A stretch of DNA of 64,000 nucleotides, from assembly GCA_030390025.1 (NCBI GenBank), contig CM059431.1:156924001-156988000 (forward strand). Reading direction: 5' to 3'. Shown piece after piece: positions 1-13,204 of the stretch. A model generated the notes under the pieces. It searched no databases. It was given only the letters and a program-made list of their open reading frames with translations, and was not told the origin of the DNA. Position numbers and translations under genes: made by a program. The DNA comes from Squalus acanthias. Its lineage: Eukaryota. Positions within the stretch are counted from its first letter, which is position 1, and the number at the start of each line of letters is the position of its first letter.

Positions 1-1285
1 AATATTACAATCAAGCAAAGTCAACATGACTTTATGAAAGGGAAATCATGTTTGCCAAATTTATTAGAGTTCTTTGAGGAAATAACGAACAGGGTGGATA
101 AAGATAAATCAATAGATGCAGTATATTTGGTTTTCCGGAAGGCATTCGATAAGGTGCAATCAATAAAAGGTCACTGCACAAGATAAGAGCTCAAGGGGTT
201 GGGGGTAATATATTAGCATGGACAGAGGATTGGGTAACTAACATAAATCAAACAGTCGCGATGAATCTGGCAAAGTGTAACAAGTGGGGTGCCACAGGGA
301 TCAATACTGAGGCCTCATCTATGTACAATCTATTTCAATGACTTGGATGAAGGGACCGAGTGTATTGCAGCCAAATTTGCTGTTGATACAAAGATAGGTG
401 GGAAAGCATGTTATGAGGAGTACGCAAAGAGTCTGCAAAGGGATATAGATATATTAGGTGAGTGAGCAAAAAATTGGCAGATTGAGTATAATGTGGGAAA
501 ATGTGAGGTATTCAAATTTGGTTGTAAGAATAAAAACGCAAATTATTATTTAAATGGAGTGAGACTCAAAATATTCCAATACAAAGGGATCTGCGGTTTC
601 TCGTACATGAAAGCCAAAATGTTAGCATGCAAGTACAGCAAGTAATTAGGAAGGCACATGGAATGTTGGCATTTATTGCAAGGGGGATGGAGTATACAAG
701 TAGGGAAGTCTGCTACATTTTTACAAGGTGCTGGTGTGACTACACCTGCAATACTGCGTGCAGTGTTAGTCTCCTATTTAAGAAGGGATATACTTGCATA
801 GGAGAAAGTTCAGAGAAGGTTACAAAGATTGATTAAGAGATGAAAGGGTTGTCTTATGAAGAAGGTGTGAGCAGGTTGGGCCTGTACTCATTGGAGTTCA
901 GACCAATGAGAGGGAATCATATTGAAACATAAAATATTCTGATGGATTTTGACAGGGCAGATGCAGGGAGGATGTTACCCCTCGTGGGGCTATATAGAAC
1001 TAGGGTGCATAGTTTCAGAATAAGGGTTTCGCCCATTTAAAACGGAGATGAAGAGGATTTTATTTTCCCTGAAGGTCGTGAATCTTTGGAATTCTATACC
1101 CCATAGAGTTGTTGAGGCAGATTCATTTAATATATTCAAGGTAGAGATAGGCATATATTTGAACTACAAGGAAGTCAAGAGTTAGGGGGCGCGGGCGGGA
1201 AAGTAGACTTCAGGCCTTGGTCAGATGAGCCATGATCTTATTGAATGGACTAGTCCTGCTCCTATTTCTTACGTTCATATGTTCT
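1..1285 (+). mobile_element. CR1-type LINE, 3' part of ORF2 (RT) and 3' UTR, decayed
   Basis: GKSC..NLLEFFE, KAFDKV and GVPQGS-like motifs; ORF 627-836 (MQVQQVIRKA..MLAFIARG); ends in ttcttacgttcatatgttct tail. Confidence 0.9.
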
Positions 1286-1809
1286 GATGTCTCATTCCCC
1301 TTCCTGCGTCTCTGTGTTGCGGCTCCAGCTGCTCTGTGTCTGAAATCCCTGCCTTTTACCTGTCTACTGCCCCCACCGGTGCTGTGCCTGGTCTTTAATG
1401 TTTGTGTCCCTCCCACACAGGTTCAATTTCTGTATTTCCCCTGTTTCCATTCCTATGAGTTATATGTCTTATCCTGTCGTAACCTTCCTTCCTCAAAACA
1501 CTTTGCATCGCAACTGCTCCACACCTGAATGTCCCCCCACATCTTTAACTGCCTCCTGCTCAACAATTTTCCTCCACCCCTAAATATCTCCCACTAACCT
1601 TTATTCCTCCCCACCTGCTGCAATCCTAATTTTACCATTGCCTTTTCATTCCTCCAGCTCCGTGCCCGATTATTCCAACATCCGTCTGCCTTCCTGCTCT
1701 ATATTTGATTCTCCCTCTCCTTTCATTTCCACCTGCCCCATGTCTGATTACCTTCCCTGCTTCCTTCCCCATCCTGCTGCATGGATAATTTTCCATTCAC
1801 CACAAAAAT

Positions 1810-1985
1810 TTTGTAACAGCTGGAAATGCTGTAAACACTCAGCAGGTCAGGCTGCATCTTTCGAAAGAGAAAGATTTAACGATTCAGGTCGATGATCTTT
1901 CGTCAGACCTGCCTGACTTGGTGAGCATGTCCAGCATTCTCTGTTTATATTTCAGATTTCCAGCATCCGCCGTATTTTACTTTAA
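1810..1985. mobile_element. Penelope-like terminal repeat fragment, inverted (fold-back) arrangement
   Basis: gctggaaatgct..ctcagcaggtcagg is mirrored by cctgacttggtgagcatgtccagc; same motif as the end of the Penelope element at 26400-26510. Confidence 0.65.
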
Positions 1986-2149
1986 TATTTAAAATCTATT
2001 TCAAGTTCTGCCTAATCCAAAACACATCGCATATTCTCCATTAATCAGCTGGATAATCTTCCTCGTCAATATATTTTTTTGTTTGAACACATCTCCATTT
2101 AAAAAATGCCTCTTGTGGTTCTTTGTTTATTTTGTCGTTAGACTATATT

Positions 2150-2522
2150 AGTGCCTCATTCTAAAGTTCAATCATTTTCCCTCGTTCGTAATTCCCCGAT
2201 CATCGGAAATAGTATCTCTCTAACTACCCTACCGAAACTTAACATGCTATACTCAAGCTGATACAAGCCAGGCTTTTGCAACCTCTCAATCAGAGTGCAT
2301 AACATTAGTCCCCACTCTTTCTCCTGAATCCATACCAATTTCTAAGCAAAGTTAAAAGCTTGCCTCCATTTCCATGCACTCTCATTTTGCCAATTGTCTT
2401 TTGTGTGGAATCTTATCGAAAGCCTTCTGCAAGTCCACATCGATAACATCGATAGGCACGCATATGTCTACCTTGTAAGTGATCTCCTCAAAATATGGAA
2501 CTAGATTATTCAGACATGACTG
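2150..2522 (-). mobile_element. Old CR1 RT fragment (continues at ~4790-5580)
   Basis: Minus strand reads SCLNNLVPYFEEITYKVD..DVDLQKAFDK; paralogous copy at ~34590-35365. Confidence 0.75.
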
Positions 2523-4785
2523 ACATAAGAATAAAGAACATAAGAAATATGAGCAGGAGTATGCCTTTCGGCTCTTTGAGCCTGCTCAGCCATTCAATGA
2601 GATAATGGCTGATCGTCTGCCTCAACTCCATTCACCGGTCTATCGCCATATCCCTTGATGCCTTTACTACTCAGAAAACTAGCGACTTCTGTTTTGAATG
2701 TACCCAATAACTGAGCCTCCACCGCCCTCTGGGGTAGAGAATTCCAAAGATTCACCACCCTCCGTGTGAAGAAATGTCTTGTCATCTCAGTAGTGAATGA
2801 CCTAACCTTTATCTTGAGGCTGTGGCCCCTGATCCTAGACTCCCCAGCCGAGGGAAACATTCGCCCAGCATCCACCCTATCAAGCCCTATAATAATGTTT
2901 ATGCTTCAATGAGATCACTCTCATTCTTCTGAACTGAAGAGAATACAGGCCTAGTTTACTCAATCATTTCTCATACGAAAGTCCTGCCATCCCAGGAATC
3001 AATCTAGTGAACCTATGTTGCACTCCATCTATGGCAAGTATATCCTTACTTAGGTAAGGAGAACAAAAATGTACACAGTACTCCAGGTGTGGTCTCATCA
3101 ATACCCTATCTAACTGGAGTAAGACTTCTTTACTCCTTTACTCAAATCCTCTTGTAATGTACCATTTCCCTTCCTAATGGCTTGCTGCACCTGCACATTC
3201 ATTACAGTGATTCGTGTACAAGGACACCCAGATCCCTTTGAGCATCTGCATTCCCCAATCTTTCACCATTTAGGAAATACACTGCCTTTCTGTTTTTTCC
3301 ACCAAAGTGGGTAACTTCACATTTATACACATTATATTCCATCTGCCATGTTCTCGCCCAATCACTGAGCCTGTCGAGATCCCCTTGAAGCCTCTTCACA
3401 TCATCTTCACAACTACCACTGCCACCTAGCTTTGTATCATCAGCAAATTTGGAAATGTTAAACTTCGTTCACTCATCCAAATCATTGATATAGATTGTGA
3501 ATAGCTGGGGCCCCAGCACCGATCCTTGTGGTACCGCACTAGTCGCAGCCTGCCATCCTGAAAAAGACCGGTATTCCCCTACTCTTTGTTTTCTGTCTTT
3601 TAACCAAATCTCAATCCATGCAAGTATATTAAACCCAATTCCATGTGCCCTAACTTTGTTCATCAAGCTCTTGTGTGGGAACTTACCTAGATCTTCTGAA
3701 AATCCAAATGCACCACATCTACCGGTTCTCCTTTGCGTACTCCACGAGTTACATCCTCAAATAACTCCAATAGATTTGTTAAACTGGATGTCCCTTTCAT
3801 AAATCTATGTCGACTCAGCCCAATCTTACTATTAGTTCCTAAGTGCCCAGTTATTGCATCCTTTAGAATAGATTCCAGCATTTAACCAACTACTGATGTA
3901 AGGCTAACAGGTCTGTAGTTCCCCGTTTTCTCTCTCCCTGCCTTCTTAAATAGCGGGATTAAATTTCCTGCCCTCTAATCTATAGTATTTTGGAAGATGA
4001 CAAGCAATGCGTCCACTCTCCCAATGGCTACCCCTTTCAAACCCGAGGATGTAGATCATCCAGCCCTTGGGATTTATCGACTTTTAGTCCCATTAATTTT
4101 GATTGTACTGTTTTTCTACCAATATTTTTTTTATTTAAGTTCCTTAATCTCGTCCCACCCGTAGTTTTCACATATTTCTTGAAGGTTTTTTGTGTCTTCC
4201 TCCAGGAAGACAGAAACAAATTATTTATTTAATTTCTCATCCATTCACTCATTTCCCGTTATAAATTCTCCCGTCTCTGACTGTAAAGGATCTACATTTA
4301 CCTTCGCCAGTCTTTTCCTTTTCTCATACCTATAGAAGCTTTTACAATTTGTTGTTATATATTTCGCTAGTTTGTGCATATGTTACATTTTCCCTTTCTT
4401 TAACAATTTCTTGGTTCCCCATTTACTGATTGCTAAAAAAATCCCAATCCACAGGCTGAACACTTTTTCTGGCAATTATATAAGCTTCCTCCTTTGACTT
4501 AATACAAGCTTTATTTTTTTTTGTTAGCGGTCGTTGGATCACTTTTCCTTTTGGGTTTTTATGCCCTAGAGGTGTATATGTTTTTTTCTGCAAATAATGC
4601 ATTATTTACTTGAAATTTAGCCATTGTATGTCCACCTTCACAACTTTTAGTGTAGTCTTCCAATCTACCATGGCCTACCTGTCCCTCATACCCTTGTAGT
4701 TTCCTCTGTTTAGATTGAAGACCTTAGTTTCATATTGGACTACATCACTCTCAAACTTAATGTAATATTCAATCATATTATGCTT
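2523..4785 (-). mobile_element. CR1 LINE, 5'-truncated, nested in an older CR1
   Basis: (aacataag)n tail at 2523; ORFs 2594-2875, 3202-3399, 3469-3666, 3687-3881 with CR1 RT motifs (VPQGSVLGPQLFTIYINDLD). Confidence 0.92.
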
Positions 4786-4789
4786 ACCT

Positions 4790-5580
4790 TTAATAAAGCC
4801 ATGCTGGTTATCTGATCAGCACATTTTGCTCAAATGCCCACTCACTCGAAACCTTAATGGCCGATTCGAGTAGCTTCCCCTCAATCGACGTTAAACTGAC
4901 ATGCATGTAGTTCCCTATTTTTTTCTATCTCACCCATCTTAAATAGTGGAGTGAAGATAGCATTTTCCAGTCTAACGGCACAATTCCCGAATCAAGAAAA
5001 CGTTCGACGATTCTAACTAACGCTTTATCAATTTCCACCATATTTGTTTTAATAACCTTGGGTGTAAATCATCAGGTCCTCGAGATTTATATATCCTAAG
5101 TCGCATTATATTCTTCAGCAACATTTCCACTATTATGAATACAGTAGGTTCCTCCACTTGATTTAATTTTAATTTCCCTTCTATCACTGATATTTTGTTC
5201 TTTCCATTTACTGTGAAAACTGATGCAAGTTTTCATTATATAAATCTGCTGTTACACTGTTAGCTATTACCATATCATATGTGTCTATCTTTAATGGGCC
5301 ACATCTCCCTCAGCCACTCTTTTAAACATAATATATTTATATACATTATTACTATTAACCTTTATATTACTTGCAATTTTTCCCACTCCATTTTTGCTGC
5401 TCTTACTATTTTACTTGTGTCCATTTGTTGTTTTCTATGTTTCCCACAGTACTCAGGATTGTCGCTTTCCTTGATATTTGTGTGAGTCACTTCCTTTAGC
5501 TTTATACTGCGTCTTACTGCACATGCAGACCATGGTTGTTTGACTGTTCAAGTGAAATTTTACCTCCTTAGAGATATGAT
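4790..5580 (-). mobile_element. Old CR1 ORF2 fragment (upstream continuation of 2150-2522)
   Basis: Degenerate YRPVSL and PDDLHPR-type motifs on the minus strand. Confidence 0.7.
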
Positions 5581-5869
5581 TTGGATCACCAACAATGTCT
5601 TATCCGCAAAATTAAGGACAGACAGAATCAGGCCAATTACCGCCCTACCAGCCACCCCACACTGATCAGCAAATGACGGGTGGAATCATCAACAGCGTGA
5701 CCGTAACTCTCTTCTGCAGCAAGGCAGCATTTGCCTCGGTTTGGGCCCAATGAGTTCCACGCATGCTAAGGTCAATGTGGGTCAAAGTGTAAACCTTGCG
5801 TGGGTGGAAATATAGGATTTCGGTGACGATTCAGGGTTGTGTTTTATCTTGAAAATCTAGACCACTAAC

Positions 5870-6560
5870 CTTTTCTTCATAGCGTGTCATAAGCGGGAAA
5901 TATGTTTCAATAATATCTACAAAAGCAGAAGATTATATTTGGAAGTTTTATTTTGTTAACTGACTCCGTGGCAAGTCGTAACTTCCTAAAATAAAACTAT
6001 AATTTCTTACCTGATCCATTAGTCATACCTCAATTTTACAATATAATTGAACTAGTACACTCGTAAACGGCAATGGGTCAGTTCGATTGCAGTAAAATAC
6101 TATAATTTTGCTCAGTATATTCCGGGTCCTTACCTTGTGCTGCGGATCCTGAGTCTGGTTCCAGAGAGTCCGGTTAAGTTAGCGTTGTGTGTTCTTCAGG
6201 TTAATGAACACACCCTGGGTAAAGATCAGTTATACATCACAGTCATAAACACCACTTCAGCCTGACCATTACAATCCCTCCCCGCCCTGTTCTCTGGTGC
6301 ACAGCTGAATTTGAATAGCTCTGATGAATTACTGAATCTTTTACCAAAAGTAATTAATTACTTTTTTGTAAACAATGATAAATTCCACCCCCCACCCCGC
6401 CCATCTCTTCCATCTGCAGTTCAGAAGACCCCGTAGGGAAACCGTGTTCTCTATCGCGATTCATATCAGTGTTCTCAATTCGATTATGTTGCTCACCATA
6501 AAACGTGTTTATTATAAGACTATAAAAGGGCATAGCTAGCAACGGAACTCGGTCGCTATT
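5870..6560 (-). other. Non-repeat block, copy 1 of a local duplication; candidate promoter plus non-coding first exon ending at a splice donor (~6134)
   Basis: Aligns by eye with 24460-25140; conserved minus-strand GTATAA and CACAAG|GTAAGG donor; no shared ORF. Confidence 0.45.
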
Positions 6561-6885
6561 AGTTTATTGGGATCAAACTGTTGAGAGTAGGACACAATGT
6601 GTCAACAGCATGCGTTTTTGGAATTATCCTACCTTTCGATCTTTATCTCTTTCTTTGTCCCGATTATATCTCTCTGGGAATGAACTACATTCGGATCGCA
6701 GCACTATTAATCCAGGTGTTAGACCTTTTAAAATGTTAATCTGACCTAGATTACCCTTGATTTCTAAAAATTCGTGTGACACCAAATTGAGGGGGGGTGG
6801 GGGGAGTCTATACTGAGGAGGACTGCAGCAAATTGCATGAGGACATTAATCAACTTGCAGAATGCGTATATTATTGGCAAATGAA

Positions 6886-9800
6886 CATAAGAAGATAAGA
6901 ACATAAGACATAGGAGCTGGAGTAGGCCGATCGTCCCCTGGAGCCTGCTCCGCCATTCAATAAGATCATGGCTGATCTGATCCTAACCTCAATTCTAAAG
7001 AACACAAGAAGTAGGAGCAGGACCCGGCCACTCAGCCCCTGGGCCCGCTCCGCCACCCACAGGGCCTTGACCGATCTAGTTTCCTCATGTCTAGTTTCCT
7101 GCCCGCTCCCCTTAACCCATAATTCCCTTTACTTCTAGGAAACTGTCTATTTCTGTTACAAATTTATTTAATGATGTAGCTTCCACAGCTTCTGGGGCAG
7201 CAAATTCCACAGACCTACTACACTATGAGTGAATAAGTTTCTCCTCATCTCAGTTTTGAAGGAGTAGTCCCTTATTCTAAGAGTATGCCCCCTAGTTCTA
7301 GTTTCACCCATCCTTGGGAACCTCCTTACTGTACCCACCCGATCAAGCCCCTTCACAATCCTATATGTTTCAATAAGATCGCCTCTCATTCTTCTGAACT
7401 CCAATGAGTGGAGTCCCAATCTACTCAACCTCTCCTCATATGTCCCCCCCCCTCATCCCGGGGATTAACCTAGTTAACCTTCTTTGTACTGTCTCGAGAG
7501 CAAGTATGTTTTTTCTTAAGTATGGACTCCAAACTGTATGCAGTAATCCAGGTGCGGTCTCACCAATACCTTATATAACTGCAGCAATACCTCCCTGTTT
7601 TTATAATCTATCCCCCTAGCAATAAAAAGCCAACATTCCGTTGGCCTTCTTGATCACCTGCGGCACCTGCATACTGACTTTTTGATTTTGTTGCACTAGG
7701 ACCCCCAGATCACATTGTACTGCAGTACTTTCCAGTCTCTCGCCATTAAGATAATAACTTGCTCTCTGATTTGTCCTGCCAAAGTGAATAACCTCACATT
7801 TTCCAATATTGTATTACATCTGCCAAATCTCTGCCAACTCACCCAGCCTGTCTATATCCCCTTGTAGGTTTTTTATGTCCTCCTCACTTTCTACTTTTCC
7901 TCCCATCTTTGTATCATCTGCAAACTTTGATATGTTACACTCGGTCCCCTCTTCCAAATAGTTAATATTGATTGTAAAGAGTTGGGGAACCAGCACCGAC
8001 CCCTGTGGAACACCACTGGCTACTGGTTGCCAGTCCGAGAATGAACCATTTATCCCAACTCTCTGCTTCCTGTTAGATAACCAATCCTCCACCCATGCCA
8101 GAATATTATCCCCAATTCAACGATTTTTTATCTTGAGCAATAATCGTTTATGTGGCACCTTGTCGAATGCCTTCTGGAAGTCTAAATGCACTACGTCCAC
8201 TGGTTCCCCTTTATCCACCCTGTACATTATGTCCTCAAAGAACTGAAGCAAATTTGTCAGACATGACTTCCCTTTCATAAATCCATGCTGACTTTGTCCT
8301 ATTAAATTATGTTTATCTAAATGTTCCGTTACTGTCTCCTTAATAATAGACTCCAAAATTTTACCCACCACCGATGTTAGGCTAACTGGTCTATAATTTT
8401 CAGCCTTCTGCCTACTACCCTTTTTAAATAAGGGTGTTACATTAGCAGTTTTCCAATCTGCCTTTACTGAGTCCAGGGAATTTTGGACAATTATTACCAA
8501 AGCATCCACAATCCGTACTGCCACTTCCCTCAAGACCCTAGGATGTAAGCCATCAGTTTCAGAGGATTTATCCGTCTTAAGTCCCATTGTTTTACTGAGT
8601 ACCAATTCCTTAGTGATTTTAATCGTATTTAGCTCCTCCCCCCCAGGGCCCCCTGTCTGTCCAGTGTTGGGGTTTTCTTAGTGTCTTCTACCGTAAAGAC
8701 TGAAACAAAATATTTGTTCAGCATTTTTGCCATCTCCATGTTTCCCACCGTTAATTTCCCGATCCCAACCTCTAAGGGACCTACGTTTGCCTTAACCACC
8801 CTTTTACTTTTTATATAACTATAGAAACTCTTGCTATCTGTTTTTATATTTTTTGCTAATTTAATTTCATAATCTATCTTCCCTTTCTTAATCAATCCTT
8901 CAGTTAGTTATTGGTGTCTTTTGAAGACTTCCCAATCTTCTATCCTCCCATTAATTTTGGCTACCTTATACGTCCTTGTTTTTAGTCGGATACTATCCTT
9001 AATTTCTTTACTTAGACACGGATGGCTGTCATTTAATTTACATCCTTTTTTGCTCATTGGAATAAAAAAAAATTTGAAAGTTGTAAAATAGCTCGTTAAA
9101 AGTACGCGACTGCTCATGTACCGTCTTACCCTTGTATCTATTTTCCCAGTCCACTTTAAACAATTCCGCTCTCAAACCATCAAAGTCTCCTTTATTCAAG
9201 CTCAGTACGCTTGTTTGAGAACCAACCATCTCAGCCTCTAATTGGATATGGAATTCAACCATGTTATGGTCACTCATTCCAAGGGGATCTTTAACTAGGA
9301 CATTATTAATTAATCCTGTCTCATTACACAAGACCAGGTCCAAGGTTGCTTGCTCCCTTGTAGGATCAGTTTCATCCTGCTCAAGAAATCCATCCCTAAT
9401 ACACTCAATAAACTCTTCCTCAAGGCTGCCCTGCCCAATTTGATTTGTCCAGTTAATATGATATTTAAAATCCCCAATAATTATAGCTGTTTCCTTATTA
9501 CAAGCCCCAACTATTTCCTGTTAAAATACTTCTTCCAGCAGAGTTGCAACCATTAGGAGGCCTATATACTACTCCCACAAGTGCTTTTCCCCATATTATT
9601 CCTTATCTCCACCCAAACGGTATCATTATCCTGATCCTTTGACGCAATATAATTTATCTGTATTACAGTGATTCCTTCCTTTGTTAACAAAGACACCCCA
9701 CCTCCCCCTCCTTCCTGCCTGTCATTCCTGATTGTTAAATACCCTGGCATATTTAATTCCCAGTCGTTGTCACTCTGCCGCCACGTTTCTGTAATGGCCA

Positions 9801-11500
9801 CAAGATCATACCCATACGTAGTTATTTGTGCCGTTAACTCATCCCTTTTGTTACGAATCCTACTTGCATTGAGATAAAGAACTTTCAAATATGTTTTGTG
9901 ACACTTAGTTCCTGCTTTTTCCTTTTTTAACACTTTACGTTTTACTCCATACCTTCTGTCCCTTCCTGATACGCTTTCCTCTGTCTCCCTGCTCAGGTGC
10001 CCAACCCCCTGCACTTTAATTTAATCCCTCCCCAACAGCACCAGGAAACACTCCCCCTAGGACAGCGGTCCCGGCCCTGCCCAGGTGCAGACCGTCCGGT
10101 TTATACTGATCCCACCTCCCCCAGAACCTGTTCCAATGTCCCAGGAATTTGAATCCCTCCCCCTTGCAACTATCCTCTAGCCTCGTATTCAATTGAAATA
10201 TCCTCCTATTTCTACTCTGACGATCATGTGGCACTGGTAGCAATCCTGAGATTACTTCCTTTGAGGTCCTATTTTTTAATTTATCTCCTAACTCCCTTTA
10301 TTCTGCTTTTAGGACCTCATCCCCTTTTTTTACCTTTCTCGTTGGTGCTAATGTGCACCACGACAGCTGGCTGTTCGCCTTCCCCCTACAAAATGTTCTG
10401 TAGCCGCTCCGAGTCGTCCTTGACCATTGCACCAGGGAGGAAACGCACCATCCTGGAGTCTCGGTTGTGGCCGCAGAAACGCCTATCTGTTCCCCTTACA
10501 ATTGAGTCCCCTATCACTATATCTCTACCACTTTTTTTATCCCAGCCTGTGCAGCAGAGCCAACCATGGTGCCAGGAAGTTGGCTGCTGCTTCCTTCCCC
10601 TGATAAGTCATCGCCCCAACAGTATTCAAAGTGGTATATCTGTTTGAGAGGGGGATGTCCACAGGGGAGCAATGCATTACGTGCCTGCACCTCTTACTCT
10701 GCCTGGTGGTCACCTATATACTTTCTGCCTGTGTACCCTTTGCCTGTGGTGTGACCAACTCTCTAAACGTGCTATCAACGAGGTTCTCAGCATCGCGAAT
10801 GCTCCAATACGCCTCCATCCGCAGCTCCAGCACCTCAATGCGGTCTGTCAGTAGCTCCATCTGGATACATTTCCCGCACACATGGTTGTCAGGGACTCCG
10901 GAAGGGTCCCTGATTTCCCACATCGAGCACGAGGAGCATAACACGGGGCTGGGCTGTCCTGTCATGACTTAACCTTTAATTAATTTAACTTAAATTAAAT
11001 CAAATCAACACCACCAATTTCAGTCAACTAAAATATATACTCAACGGCCCTTGGTTACTAGCAATAGAAACTATATCCACAAAATTAAGACCTTATAAAC
11101 TTTATAAACTATGAACCTTAACTGTCAAAGTATGGAGTAGTATAAATACTTACCGAGCCGTACTCACCCAATCAGCTGCTCCCTCCTGCCCGCGTCACTT
11201 TTTGAATCGTGACGTGGCTCTGGAACGCCACCGCCGGTCTGAGATCGGTGTGCCTGTGAATGAAAAGCCCGCGAAAGTGAGTTCAAATACACACTGGACC
11301 TCCGGTCTCGCCGCTCCCGACACCAGCCTGTAAATGAAAAGCCCGCGAAAGTGAGTTCAAATACTCACTGGACCTCCGGTCTCGCCGCCCCCGACACCAG
11401 CCTGTAAATGAAAAGCCCGCGAAAGTGAGTTCAAATACTCACTGGACCTCCGGTCTCGCCGCTCCCGACACCAGCCTGTAAATGAAAAGCCCGCGAAAGT
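6886..11500 (-). mobile_element. Near full-length CR1 LINE (5' monomers, ORF1, ORF2, 3' tail), mutated
   Basis: ORF1 zinc-finger N-terminus CSSCSMWEIRD..HVCGKC (10714-10965) and SGNH esterase end (DGLHL, 10016-10243); endonuclease (LYLNA..VAITETW) and RT ORFs 7168-10014; aacataag tail at 6886-6910. Confidence 0.95.
11252..11500 (-). repeat. 74-bp tandem monomers (~3.4 copies) at CR1 5' end
   Basis: gcctgt starts at 11252, 11326, 11400 and 11474; units nearly identical. Confidence 0.95.
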
Positions 11501-12310
11501 TCTACACAGATAAATGTGAGGAATTACATTTTGGTAGGCAGAATAGGGAGGTCACTTATTACTTGGAGGGTGTAAGTCTGGATGGGGTAGAAGAACAAAG
11601 GGATCTCGGAGTACAAACACACAAATCATTAAAAATTGCGACACAGGTTAGCAAGGCCATACATAAAGCAAACCAAGCACTGGGGTTTATTTCTAGAGGG
11701 ATAGAATTGAAAAGTATGGAAGTTATGCTAACCTTTTATCGAACCTTGTTAGACCACACTTAGAGTACTGCGTACAGTTATGGTCGCCATATTATAAAAA
11801 AAACATAGAGGCACTGGAGAGGGTGCAGAGATGATTTACACGGATGATACCAGAAATGCGAGAGTATACATACTAGAAAACGATGAACAGACTGGGTCTC
11901 ATCTCTTGAAAAAAGAAGGCAACGGGTTGACTTCATAGAGGTCATTAAAATTATGATACATTTTGATAGAGTGGATACAGAGAGAATGTTTCCACTTGTG
12001 GAGAAGAGCATAACTAGAGGCCATCAATAGAAGACAGTCACCAATAAATGCACAGGGAAATTCCGAACGAACTTCTTTGCCCCGTGAGAATGTGGAACTC
12101 GCGACCACAGGGAGTGGTTGAAGCGAAAAGTATCGATGCAGTTGAGGGGAGGCTGGACAAGCATATGAGGGAGAAGGGAAGAGAGGGTTATGTTGATAGA
12201 TTTAGACGACGAAAGACGGGAGGAGGCTCGATTGGAGCATAAATGCTGGCATCGAAAGGTTGAGCCGAATGGCCTGCATCTGTGCTGTATATCCTATGCA
12301 CTCCTATGTA
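11500..12310 (+). mobile_element. Older CR1 3' part (its 5' piece lies at ~6780-6885), host of the full-length CR1
   Basis: WQM|KFYTDKCE reading is split across the insertion; ORF 11482-11763. Confidence 0.85.
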
Positions 12311-13204
12311 ATTCCCGTCACATGCTGGTTACTGGTTATTTTCCAATGTTGGTCATTTACCAACCATAGAACAATTATTATTAAATCGGGGAGATAGTCT
12401 CCAGTAACAGTCTTGGCCTTGTTCACTCATGAGTATCAGGCTCCGGGTTTCTGTATCTGGAACTAAATCAGTAAATGTGTGCTGTAAACAAGTGAAAGTT
12501 CAGCATCGTTGGCTGGTTACCTTTCAACACAGTGGTGAAATGTTTCCTTTTCATTTTTTCTTTCTGTTAAATATTTGATGCAGAATTGAATTCATTGTGA
12601 GGTCTGGGAAATTAAATTAATTGTTTCCGCGGAGCGAGATAAGCACGACAACAGTACATTCCCTGCGTTTAACTATACTGTCACATTCGTGCAAAATTTT
12701 TAACACATCTATCATATCGCTCTAAAATATATGTTGTTCTAATTGAAAAAAGGCGACATTCCAAGTATTTGATTGTATTTTCTTTCACCTACCAGGCAGC
12801 ATTCTAGAGATACTGTTTTGTATACGGTCTAGAGGCTTAATAAACTTGCTAAAGCGAGGAGCGCCAACTGCACACGATACTCTAATGTAGGTCTTCGTAA
12901 GGTTTCAGTTAGTTTCATTTTCACGTCTTATTTTCTTTATTCTATACTCCTTATGTTGTACAGAGACTTTCATTAGCTTTTCTACAGTCGTATCATCCTG
13001 AGTTGCTGTCTTTAATGTCCCGTGGGCATCGCTCTGCTGCACAACAGCACCGTATCTAATTCCATTCAATCTATAATTACAGCTAATTTTTTTTCCAATA
13101 TGTTTCACCTGACATCGACATTGATTCCATCAATGCTTTATGAGCACATCACACCAAGCCTTTCAATTTCCATTTGCAGTTCCCTCAGATCTTCCAAATA
13201 TCTA

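Noticed and set aside
6125..6270. Ig/TCR J segment or V-domain exon (SGVYDC, LIF, GTRLRI plus donor)
   Set aside because: No FGXG/WGXG motif; no nonamer at 12/23 spacing from GACTGTG; stops in frame; paralog does not keep the peptide
11252..11500. CRISPR-like array
   Set aside because: Head-to-tail units with no unique spacers, in a eukaryotic LINE context
12527..12560. CACAGTG recombination-signal heptamer (also ~28147, ~30583, ~62566)
   Set aside because: No ACAAAAACC-like nonamer at the proper spacing
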